Shown one piece after another: positions 6,275-14,140 of a stretch of DNA of 20,804 nt. Numbering within the stretch: the stretch's first letter is position 1; each line of letters begins with the position of its first letter. Under the pieces are notes generated by a model, which saw nothing but the letters and a program-made list of their open reading frames with translations, ran no database searches and was not told where the DNA came from. The position numbers were made by a program, and so were the translations under genes. The stretch lies in NCBI GenBank assembly GCA_031372065.1, contig JANMKN010000274.1:1-20804 (forward strand), given 5' to 3'. The DNA is from Abditibacteriaceae bacterium (lineage in GTDB: Bacteria; Armatimonadota; Abditibacteriia; Abditibacteriales; Abditibacteriaceae).

Positions 6275-8870
6275 TTTCGGCGGGCTTTTGGGTGAGGGCA
6301 GGCGGCTTCGCGGTGGTTCCTGATTGATTTTGAGACTCATACGATTTTTGATTTTGTGCTTGCTGCGAATGCGATTGTTGGGCTTCGCGGGCCAGACGCT
6401 TTTCCTTTTTGCGTTCGCGGCGGCGACTGGCTTTGCTGCTTTTGCCGGAAACGCTGGACTCGTCAGGGCTATTTTCGCGCCGCGCTTTGTCGGAAGCTGC
6501 GCGAACATCGTCACGATTCCATTTTTCGCGCATCCAATCGTCGTTGTCTTGCAAGGCTTCTTTTTCCTGTCCCGGATATTGAATGCGCTGATGCAAAACG
6601 CCGCGCAAGACGTGGGTGAATATGGTTTCGATGGTGCCGAGGTCGCGCATTGTCAGCTCACATTCGGAAAGTTCGCCTTCCTGCAAACGCAGCGAAATCA
6701 TTTTGTGAATGTGAGTGCGCAAGTTTTCCGGCGTGACTTCGGGCATCGAGCGCGATGAGGCCTCAATGCTATCGGCCAGCAAAACCAACGCGGCTTCTTT
6801 GCTTTGCGGGCGCGGCCCAGCATAACGAAACAAGGTGACATCGGGCGTTGAGGAGGATGCAGGGCGGGCGCCTTCCGCGCTGGTGATAACGGATGAAGTT
6901 TCAGAACCTTCCATATCTACATCGGCGGCGGGAATGCTGACCAAAGCCGCGCCTTGCAAAGCGCGATTGTAAAAATAACTCAGCACCGTTGTGCCATGAT
7001 GTTGCGCGATGATGTCCAGCACCGGCTGCGGCAAACGTAAGGCGCGGCCCAATTCGAGGCCGTCTTTAACGTGCGCCAAAATAATCAGCGCCGAAAGCTG
7101 CGGCGACAGTTCGTCGTGGATATTATGGCCGCTTTGGTTTTCGATGAAACAATGCGGGCGCCGCAGTTTGCCGATGTCGTGATACAAGCCGCCGACGTGA
7201 CAAAGCAAGGAATCGGCGCCAACGGCTTTGGCTCCGGCTTCGGCGAGTAAGGCGACCATCAGGGAATGTGTATAGGTGCCGGGCGCTTCGGCTTGCATCC
7301 GGCGCATGACGGCCTCGCCCGGCGAAAGCAATTCCATCAAGCGAAAATGCGTGGTAATGCCAAAAGGCCGTTCGAGCAAGAGCGCCAATCCCGACATAAA
7401 CGCGACAGCACCCACGCCCGCCACGGCTTCCCACAACACGATGCGTCCAATGTCGGGCCATGCCATATCGCCCAGCACGCCAATGATGCAAAACAAAATC
7501 GCGTTGGTCAGCGCCAGAACCGAACCGGCGCGCACAACGTGCAGCAGCGATGATAAATTCGCCACGCCTAAAGCGCCAATCGAAGACGCCAGCGAACCGG
7601 CGAGCAGCCAAGTTGCATCAGTGCCGGCCATAATCGAACACAGCGCCGACAACGAAAATCCTGCGACCACGCCCACGCGCGCATTGGTTAAAACCGTCAG
7701 CAGCATGGCGGCGGCTGAGGCCAAGGGCACCATTAAATATTCGGCGTGCGGAATGCGCAGCAGCAAGCGAAATCCAAAAGCAAAAGCGACGGGCACCATC
7801 GCTGTCAGCCACAAAGCCGCTGGTTGCGCAATCAGGCGCGGGTGGCAGCTTTTCAAGTAGGCCGCACCGAAAAAGACCAACAAAATGACAAGTCCCAGCC
7901 GCGCCAAGGCCACTTTGGGCGACAAACTCGGCGTGACAACGCCCATTTCCTGCATTTGCGTCCAACGGCGCTCGGTGATGATTTCGTTGGCACCAACTAA
8001 AACATCGTCGGCTTTGAACTTCACATAAACCGGCTGCACACTGGCACGGGCAACTTCGCGCAAAACTTCGGTTTGCCTTTCGTTGACAACCTGATTGGGA
8101 TGTTTAACAACGGCTGCCATTGCCAAAGCGCCAACGATTTTCGCTTCGCCTTCGCCGATTGTATAGTTGCCAAGCGCCGCGCCACTAACGCCGCGAATAT
8201 GCGTTTGAGCCTGCGCTAAATCGGAAGAGCCAGCCGCCAATACGTCCGAACGCAGTTGTCCTTTTTGGTAAACAGTCCGAATCGCCTGCCGCGCGATCAT
8301 GTCCACCACGCTCCAGCGCGCGGGCGGCAATTGCGCCATGCTGCTTAAGGTCGCATCCGGCAATCGTTCGCGCGAGACAGCTAACTCCGCATAACGCGCC
8401 CGCCAGCGATGCAGCGGATTCGGCGCCAAGCCTTTTGCGTTTGATGAGTCTGGCGCGGCCAATAACGTCTGGGCCGCGCGCACCAACGAACCCAAATCGG
8501 CTAAGGCCGCCGCCTGCGCGCTGGGATTCGGATCGTAATCGGGTGTCACCAAATTGGCCGCGTCGTCTTGGCGGCGGCGGGTTTCGTCGCCGTCCAGCAA
8601 AAACGTTTGCTGTGGCACCAAAATATCATGCCCCGGCGCGACGCCGACACGATACGGCTCGTTGTTCCACAGCGGTGGCAGCGCAACGATGGCCCACAAA
8701 AGCAAAACGCAGAGCGCCAGCAGCGCAGCCTGATGCCGCCCGAACACCGCCGCCACCCGCGCGCCAAAAGGCTCGCGCGGTGGCAAAAGCGGCGCCTGAC
8801 CAATAGCCTGCAACGAAGGTTTTTCGTTGAGAACTACCGGTTCAACAGGTTCGGAAGAGGGGGTCGTCAT
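6066..8870 (-). CDS. 7TM-HD (HDIG) phosphohydrolase, PgpH-like putative c-di-AMP phosphodiesterase
   Basis: N-terminal TM, large extracytoplasmic domain, about 7 TM helices, HD domain (APGTYTHS, LYHDIGK, FIENQ, QHHGTT, FRYAGPRPQSKE, LADSIEA); between phoH and ybeY. Confidence 0.9.
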   Translation of the reverse strand: MTTPSSEPVEPVVLNEKPSLQAIGQAPLLPPREPFGARVAAVFGRHQAALLALCVLLLWAIVALPPLWNNEPYRVGVAPGHDILVPQQTFLLDGDETRRRQDDAANLVTPDYDPNPSAQAAALADLGSLVRAAQTLLAAPDSSNAKGLAPNPLHRWRARYAELAVSRERLPDATLSSMAQLPPARWSVVDMIARQAIRTVYQKGQLRSDVLAAGSSDLAQAQTHIRGVSGAALGNYTIGEGEAKIVGALAMAAVVKHPNQVVNERQTEVLREVARASVQPVYVKFKADDVLVGANEIITERRWTQMQEMGVVTPSLSPKVALARLGLVILLVFFGAAYLKSCHPRLIAQPAALWLTAMVPVAFAFGFRLLLRIPHAEYLMVPLASAAAMLLTVLTNARVGVVAGFSLSALCSIMAGTDATWLLAGSLASSIGALGVANLSSLLHVVRAGSVLALTNAILFCIIGVLGDMAWPDIGRIVLWEAVAGVGAVAFMSGLALLLERPFGITTHFRLMELLSPGEAVMRRMQAEAPGTYTHSLMVALLAEAGAKAVGADSLLCHVGGLYHDIGKLRRPHCFIENQSGHNIHDELSPQLSALIILAHVKDGLELGRALRLPQPVLDIIAQHHGTTVLSYFYNRALQGAALVSIPAADVDMEGSETSSVITSAEGARPASSSTPDVTLFRYAGPRPQSKEAALVLLADSIEASSRSMPEVTPENLRTHIHKMISLRLQEGELSECELTMRDLGTIETIFTHVLRGVLHQRIQYPGQEKEALQDNDDWMREKWNRDDVRAASDKARRENSPDESSVSGKSSKASRRRERKKEKRLAREAQQSHSQQAQNQKSYESQNQSGTTAKPPALTQKPAENANGALEHQLESQCDQSAQTAKSHTPNAQSTDGNSALQSADNQPILAPGDHGNTAPRAATTGAFKTRAQ

Positions 8871-8873
8871 TTA

Positions 8874-8948
8874 GCAGTGGTCGGTGGCCAGTGGTCGGTG
8901 GTCGGTGTTTCTGCTGCTGACTTCTGCTCACCGCCCACTGACCACTGC
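8874..8948. repeat. Inverted heptamer tandem repeats (CRGTGGY), STRR-like, filling the phoH-HD junction
   Basis: CAGTGGT CGGTGGC CAGTGGT CGGTGGT CGGTG (8875-8907) and complementary CACCGCC CACTGAC CACTGC (8929-8948). Confidence 0.82.
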
Positions 8949-8950
8949 CG

Positions 8951-9961
8951 TCAGTGAGTTTCGCTGTGTTCGTAGGCTTCGATAATGCGCTGCACCAGAG
9001 AATGACGCACTACGTCTTCTTTGCCGAGGCGCACAATTTCGATGCCGTTCACTTGGTCTAAAATGCGTGTCGCCACGCGCAGGCCGGATTCTTGGCCGGC
9101 AGGAAGGTCAGTTTGCGTCACATCGCCGGTCACGACCATCTTGGAGCCAAACCCCAAACGCGTGAGGAACATTTTCATTTGCGCGGGCGTGGTATTTTGC
9201 GCTTCATCCAAAATAATGAAAGAATCGTTCAGTGTGCGCCCGCGCATATAAGCGAGCGGCGCGATTTCGATGGTGCGGCGCTCGAACATTTTCTGTGCTT
9301 TTTCCGTTTCGATCATATCGAACAGCGCATCATAAAGCGGGCGCAAATACGGGTCAATTTTCGCTTCCAAATCGCCCGGCAAAAAGCCCAGTCGCTCGCC
9401 CGCTTCGACAGCCGGACGCGTCAAAAGAATGCGCGAAACCTGCTTGGCTTTAAATGCCGCGACTGCAAGAGCAACCGCGAGATAAGTTTTTCCCGTGCCC
9501 GCTGGGCCTACGCAAAAAGTCAAATCGGTGCGGCGCACGGCTTCGAGATAATTTTTTTGGCCCGCTGTGCGTGGGCCGATGGGTTTGCCCCTTTCTGAGA
9601 CCAGAATCGTGTCGCCAAAGGCGCGCCCTGTTTGTTCGACAACAGCCGTAGCCGAAGGCGCATCGCCGCTTTTGGCGTGGGCAATCAAACGCGCCACATC
9701 TTCGGATTGCAAGTCGCGCCCGCCACGCAAACTGTTTTGCGCGATACCAATAATTTGATCCAACACACTCGCGGCGCGGCGTGCGTTGTCTTCTTGCTCG
9801 GAGGACACCAGAAACGTCGTGTCACGCAGGGCAATTTCGACTTGCAATTCGCGTTCGATAAGGCGCCGCGTTTGGTCTTGCTGACCTAAAATCAGCGGCA
9901 AAGCCTCGCGCTGCGCGACGGGCACGGCGAGCGAGGTTTTTTCGGGAGAAAGAGTTTCCAA
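8951..9961 (-). CDS. phoH: PhoH-family ATPase (YbeZ-type)
   Basis: Walker A GPAGTGKT, LTRPAVEAGERLGFLPGDL, APLAYMRGRTL, ILDEAQN, GDVTQTDL. Confidence 0.96.
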   Translation of the reverse strand: METLSPEKTSLAVPVAQREALPLILGQQDQTRRLIERELQVEIALRDTTFLVSSEQEDNARRAASVLDQIIGIAQNSLRGGRDLQSEDVARLIAHAKSGDAPSATAVVEQTGRAFGDTILVSERGKPIGPRTAGQKNYLEAVRRTDLTFCVGPAGTGKTYLAVALAVAAFKAKQVSRILLTRPAVEAGERLGFLPGDLEAKIDPYLRPLYDALFDMIETEKAQKMFERRTIEIAPLAYMRGRTLNDSFIILDEAQNTTPAQMKMFLTRLGFGSKMVVTGDVTQTDLPAGQESGLRVATRILDQVNGIEIVRLGKEDVVRHSLVQRIIEAYEHSETH

Positions 9962-9969
9962 AATAATAT

Positions 9970-10434
9970 TTAACCAGCTAAAATTTGGCGCACCATAGTG
10001 CTGACGCGCTTGCCATCGGCGCGACCCGCCACTTGCGGCAGCACTTTGGGCATCACTTTGCCCATGTCGCCGGGCGCCGCTGCGCCGACTTCGACAATAG
10101 TGGCGCGCACAATGGTTTCCAGTTCGGCGTCGTCCATCTGCTTGGGCAAAAACTCGCCTAAAATGGCGGCTTCGGCCAGTTCGAGCGCGGCACGGTCGGA
10201 GCGGCCATGCTTTTCGTATTCTTCGGCAGCGTCACGGCGCTTTTTCGCTTCGCGCTCGATAACGCGCATCACACCCGCGTCATCCAATGCTTCGGACTCG
10301 CCGCCCACACGCGCATCAATTTCTTCTTTTTTAACTGCCGCCCGCAGTGTGGAAAGCACATCTTTGCGCTGCGTTTCGCCGCTGCGCATCGCGGCCTTCC
10401 AGCCTTCGGTGATTTGTTCAATTAATGTAGACAT
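9970..10434 (-). CDS. yqeY: GatB/YqeY domain protein
   Basis: KAAMRSG, REAKKRRDAAEEY, FLPKQM, DMGKVM, GRADGK motifs. Confidence 0.93.
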   Translation of the reverse strand: MSTLIEQITEGWKAAMRSGETQRKDVLSTLRAAVKKEEIDARVGGESEALDDAGVMRVIEREAKKRRDAAEEYEKHGRSDRAALELAEAAILGEFLPKQMDDAELETIVRATIVEVGAAAPGDMGKVMPKVLPQVAGRADGKRVSTMVRQILAG

Positions 10435-10447
10435 CGTAAGAGATTAT

Positions 10448-10481
10448 GACACGGAGACACGGAGAAGGGGAGACAAGGAGA
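10448..10481. repeat. Octamer tandem repeat arm (GACACGGA), downstream flank of the four-helix-bundle gene
   Basis: GACACGGA GACACGGA GAAGGGGA GACAAGGA; 10455-10475 is a perfect 21-bp reverse complement of 10920-10940. Confidence 0.88.
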
Positions 10482-10496
10482 GGCACAGTCGAATTC

Positions 10497-10889
10497 TCAG
10501 CGTGATTTAGCGTCTTGATGAAGTAGCCATTGATGCGGGGAATTAATCATTGCCACAATCATGCTTAAAATTTGTTCATATTCATCCAACAAAGCAGTTC
10601 CTGTTGCGCGGTCAAGATAGTTGCAGCGCATGGCGAATTCGATCCATGTTTGCGTTTCCGCCGCTTCGGTTTCGGCATCGGAGAGCTTGGCTATAAAAGC
10701 GGCTTCGTAGCGTCGCTTACGCCAAGCCTCGGTTAAATTTGCAGCGACCGAACGCGATGAACGCCGCATTTGATCGGTCAGCGAATAGATTTCTTCTTTG
10801 GGAAAGGTTTTGCTCTGCTCAAAAATTTGCATTGCGGCGCCAAAAGCCCGTTGATAGACATTTAGTTGCCGGTGAGTGGTAATTTTCAT
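10497..10889 (-). CDS. Four helix bundle protein (23S rRNA intervening-sequence protein / Avd-like family)
   Basis: HRQLNVYQ, FPKEEIYSLTDQMRRSSRSVAANLTEAWRKRRY, EAAETQTW. Confidence 0.93.
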   Translation of the reverse strand: MKITTHRQLNVYQRAFGAAMQIFEQSKTFPKEEIYSLTDQMRRSSRSVAANLTEAWRKRRYEAAFIAKLSDAETEAAETQTWIEFAMRCNYLDRATGTALLDEYEQILSMIVAMINSPHQWLLHQDAKSR

Positions 10890-10905
10890 TGGAAAATCCC
10901 CTAAA

Positions 10906-10945
10906 TCTCCCTATCTCCGTGTCTCCCCTTCTCCGTGTCTTCTCC
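10906..10945. repeat. Octamer tandem repeat arm (inverted), upstream flank of the four-helix-bundle gene
   Basis: Reverse complement reads GGAGAA GACACGGA GAAGGGGA GACACGGA GATAGGGA GA. Confidence 0.88.
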
Positions 10946-10952
10946 TTTTCGC

Positions 10953-11282
10953 CTACCCCGGTGGCCATTCCATTTTGCGCCCGCCTAAAACGTGAATGTG
11001 CAAGTGCGGCACGCTTTGGCCACCTTCGGCGCCGATATTGGTGACCAAACGAAAACCGTGCGGGCATTTTTCGCTGCCGATTTTGGCCGCCACTTGCATA
11101 ATATGACCGAGCGTTGCGGCATCGGCAGCGGTTGCATCCACAAAAGGCTGGCGCGGAATCACCAAAATATGAATGGGCGCTTGTGCGTTGATGTCGTTGA
11201 ATGCCACGCAAATTTCGTCTTGGTGCAGCAACTCAACCGGCATTTCGCCGCGCGCAATTTTGCCAAAAATCGTATCGGCCAT
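10953..11282 (-). CDS. hinT: Histidine triad nucleotide-binding protein (HinT)
   Basis: MADTIFGKI, AFNDINAQAPIHILVIP, GQSVPHLHIHVLGGR (HxHxH), WPPG end; AAAGGA upstream of ATG 11282. Confidence 0.94.
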   Translation of the reverse strand: MADTIFGKIARGEMPVELLHQDEICVAFNDINAQAPIHILVIPRQPFVDATAADAATLGHIMQVAAKIGSEKCPHGFRLVTNIGAEGGQSVPHLHIHVLGGRKMEWPPG

Positions 11283-11370
11283 GAATGGATTGTCCTTTCT
11301 TGCGTTGCAGTTTGGCAAAGGCGCCCACAAACTGAAAGCCGCTGATTTCTGTCGAAGTCCCGACTTCTTG

Positions 11371-11379
11371 TGCCATAAT
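11371..11379 (+). promoter_or_regulatory. Possible extended -10 promoter (TGnCATAAT) for a near-leaderless esterase transcript
   Basis: TGCCATAAT ends 9 nt before ATG 11389; no Shine-Dalgarno in between. Confidence 0.35.
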
Positions 11380-11388
11380 CAAAGTGCC

Positions 11389-12312
11389 ATGAAAAACTTT
11401 CTTTTGCTTGCTGCTCTCCTTCCTGCCATGTCCACGTCTTCCATCGCGCAAAGTGCGCCACCACTTACACCTGCAACCATGCCCGAACCGATTTATTTAT
11501 GGCCCGCCACCGCGCCCGGCGAAAAAGGCGACATCGGCGAGGAAAAAGATACCACGCCGCCCGACCCGAACAAGCCCGATGCCAATCACATTTCGCGCAT
11601 CGGCAACGTCACCAAACCGACGATCACGGTTTTTAAACCGGCGCCCGAAAAAGATACCGGCGCGGCGGTTGTTGTCTGTCCCGGCGGCGGTTACAGCATT
11701 CTCGCTTACAATCTCGAAGGCAGCGAAGTGTGCGCGTGGCTCAATTCCATCGGCGTGACCGGCGTGCTGCTCAAATATCGCGTGCCGGGACGCGGCGGGC
11801 AGCGTTATACCGCGCCCTTGCAAGACGCGCAGCGCGCTTTGGGTTTGGTGCGTAGCCACGCCAAAGAATGGAATCTTGACCCAAATCGCCTTGGTATTCT
11901 GGGTTTTTCGGCGGGCGGCCATCTTTCGGCGGCTCTTAGCACCAATTACCAAACGCGCACCTATGAAGCGGTGGACGACGCCGACAAAACAAGCTGCCGC
12001 CCTGATTTTACGGTGCTGGTTTACCCGGCTTATCTGACCAATAAAGAACTCAACGCCTTGGCCCCCGAAATCAAAGTGGATGCGCAAACGCCGCCCGCTT
12101 TTATCGTGCAAACGCAAGATGACGCCGTTCACGTCGAAAATGCCATTGTTTATGCCGGGGCTTTGCACGTAGCGGGCGTTGCCACCGAATTGCACATTTA
12201 TCCCAAAGGCGGTCACGGTTATGGCCTGCGTTCTTCGCCCAACGCCGTTTCGCATTGGCCGCAGCGCGTCGGCGAATGGCTCGCCGCGCAAGGCTATTTG
12301 AAGGCGAAATAA
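11389..12312 (+). CDS. Secreted alpha/beta hydrolase (carbohydrate-esterase-like)
   Basis: Signal peptide MKNFLLLAALLPAMSTSSIA, CPGGGY, nucleophile GFSAGG, QDD and GHGYG catalytic Asp/His. The ORF-track start at 11173 overlaps hinT and is rejected. Confidence 0.88.
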   Translation: MKNFLLLAALLPAMSTSSIAQSAPPLTPATMPEPIYLWPATAPGEKGDIGEEKDTTPPDPNKPDANHISRIGNVTKPTITVFKPAPEKDTGAAVVVCPGGGYSILAYNLEGSEVCAWLNSIGVTGVLLKYRVPGRGGQRYTAPLQDAQRALGLVRSHAKEWNLDPNRLGILGFSAGGHLSAALSTNYQTRTYEAVDDADKTSCRPDFTVLVYPAYLTNKELNALAPEIKVDAQTPPAFIVQTQDDAVHVENAIVYAGALHVAGVATELHIYPKGGHGYGLRSSPNAVSHWPQRVGEWLAAQGYLKAK

Positions 12313-12343
12313 GTCGGGCAAAAATCTTTCCACTAAATCTTCC

Positions 12344-14062
12344 ATGACACTTTTTATTGACGGCTTTATCATCGTCGTTTATTTTGCGGTTATTTTGACA
12401 ATTGGCCTGCGCATGGGCCGGCGCGAAGATAATCTGCACGATTTCGCCTTGGGCGGGCGACAGGTGCCGTGGTGGGCTGTGATGGCTTCGATTATCGCCG
12501 CCGAAACCAGCGCGGCGACGTTTTTGGGCGCGCCCGGCGAAGGCTACGAAAAGCACAGCCTCGCTTATGTGCAATTGGTTTTGGGCGTGATTATCGGGCG
12601 TTTTATTGTCGGCAATTTGTTTCTTGAGCCGTATTATCGCTATCGTGTTTACACCGTTTACGATTACTTGGGCGTGCGCTTTGGACCGCGCACCAAAAGT
12701 TATGTGTCCGGCTTGTTTTTGGTGATGCGAACTTTGGCTTCGGGCACGCGGCTTTTCATCCCTTCCTTAGTGATTGTTCTCGCGTGGCGCTTGTTTACCG
12801 GTGGCAGCGGGCAAATTGCCTATAGCCAGCAAGCCGTCAGCAGCGTCGGGCCGTATCTTGTGGCGATTATCGCACTGACGATTGTGACTTGCGTTTATAC
12901 GGCGCTGGGCGGCATCAAAGCCGTTATCTGGACGGATGTGATTCAAGCCTGCCTGATGTTTGGCGGCGCGATTGTGGCGATGATTACGCTGCTCGTTCAT
13001 GTGGGCGGCTTTAGCGCCGTGGCGCAAGCGGTGCCGCAAATGACGCGGCTCGAAGGCTATTTCGTGACGGGTTTTGAAGCCGATGTCGTCGCCAAATGGC
13101 AAGCCGAAAATCACATCGCGGCCATGAATGCGTGGGAATACTTCAAGCTGATTTTAGGCAGCGATTACACCCTGTTTTCGGCGTTAATTGGGGCCACCAT
13201 GATGAATATGGCGGCCTTTGGCACCGATCAGGACATGGTGCAGCGAATGCTGACTGCCGAGACTCATCAAAAGGCGCGGCGCAGTTTAATCACGGCAGCG
13301 TTTATGGATTTGCCGATTGCGGCGGTTTTCACCTTCATCGGAATTTTGCTTTTTGTTTTTTATCAGCAAGACCCCACTTACAAGCCCGAAGCTAATTCGG
13401 ATATTTTTGGCTCTTACATTCTCAATGTGCTGCCGGTGGGCATTCGCGGCTTGGTTTTGGCGGGCGTTTTCGCTACGGCGATGGGTTCATTCTCGGCGGC
13501 GTTAAATGCCCTTGCCACCAGTGCCACCAACGATTGGTATGTGCCGCGCCGCCCCGGAAAAACCGAGCATCATTATGTGAACGCGGCGCGCCTTTTTACG
13601 GTTGTTTTCGCGGTTTTGATGATTATCGTCGCGGGCCTTTTCGCTTACGCCAAAGTGATAAATCCCGATATTCGCATTATTCCCGTGGTGCTGGGCATTG
13701 CCAGCTTTATTCTCGGCCCGATGCTTGGCGTGTTTTTGCTGGGAATGCTGACGGGCAATCGCGGCTCGGATAAGGGCAACCTCATCGCCGTGACTTGCGG
13801 CCTCATTGCCACGGTTTACTTGGGCGATTTGCATAACACTTTCCTCAACGGCCTTGCGCCGATACTGGGCTTCAAAGCGGCCTTTGCGCGCCCCGAATGG
13901 CTGCCCAAAGTGCAGTTCACATGGTTCGCTTTAATCGGCGCCTCGGTTGTGTTCGCCGTTGGCTCTTTCTTCCAAACCCCGCCCGAAGTTTTAGAAAACG
14001 CCAAACGCCAAGCCGCCGCAGCCCAAGGCAGCGAAGACGTGCCCCTTGCCATGCGAAAATGA
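12344..14062 (+). CDS. Sodium:solute symporter (SSS/SLC5 family)
   Basis: DFALGGRQVPWW, AETSAATFLGAPG, YTALGGIKAVIWTDVIQ, GTDQDMVQR; many TM helices. Confidence 0.93.
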   Translation: MTLFIDGFIIVVYFAVILTIGLRMGRREDNLHDFALGGRQVPWWAVMASIIAAETSAATFLGAPGEGYEKHSLAYVQLVLGVIIGRFIVGNLFLEPYYRYRVYTVYDYLGVRFGPRTKSYVSGLFLVMRTLASGTRLFIPSLVIVLAWRLFTGGSGQIAYSQQAVSSVGPYLVAIIALTIVTCVYTALGGIKAVIWTDVIQACLMFGGAIVAMITLLVHVGGFSAVAQAVPQMTRLEGYFVTGFEADVVAKWQAENHIAAMNAWEYFKLILGSDYTLFSALIGATMMNMAAFGTDQDMVQRMLTAETHQKARRSLITAAFMDLPIAAVFTFIGILLFVFYQQDPTYKPEANSDIFGSYILNVLPVGIRGLVLAGVFATAMGSFSAALNALATSATNDWYVPRRPGKTEHHYVNAARLFTVVFAVLMIIVAGLFAYAKVINPDIRIIPVVLGIASFILGPMLGVFLLGMLTGNRGSDKGNLIAVTCGLIATVYLGDLHNTFLNGLAPILGFKAAFARPEWLPKVQFTWFALIGASVVFAVGSFFQTPPEVLENAKRQAAAAQGSEDVPLAMRK

Positions 14063-14140
14063 AGTCATTAAAATTCCTTCATCTTACTTTTATTTCTCGC
14101 CATATGCTGTTGATATGGCTTACCCAAAGGAGTGTGGGAT

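Noticed and set aside
11173..11388. N-terminal extensions of the esterase (from 11173) and hinT (from 11330)
   Set aside because: They would overlap head-to-head; the signal peptide at 11389 and the RBS before 11282 define better starts.
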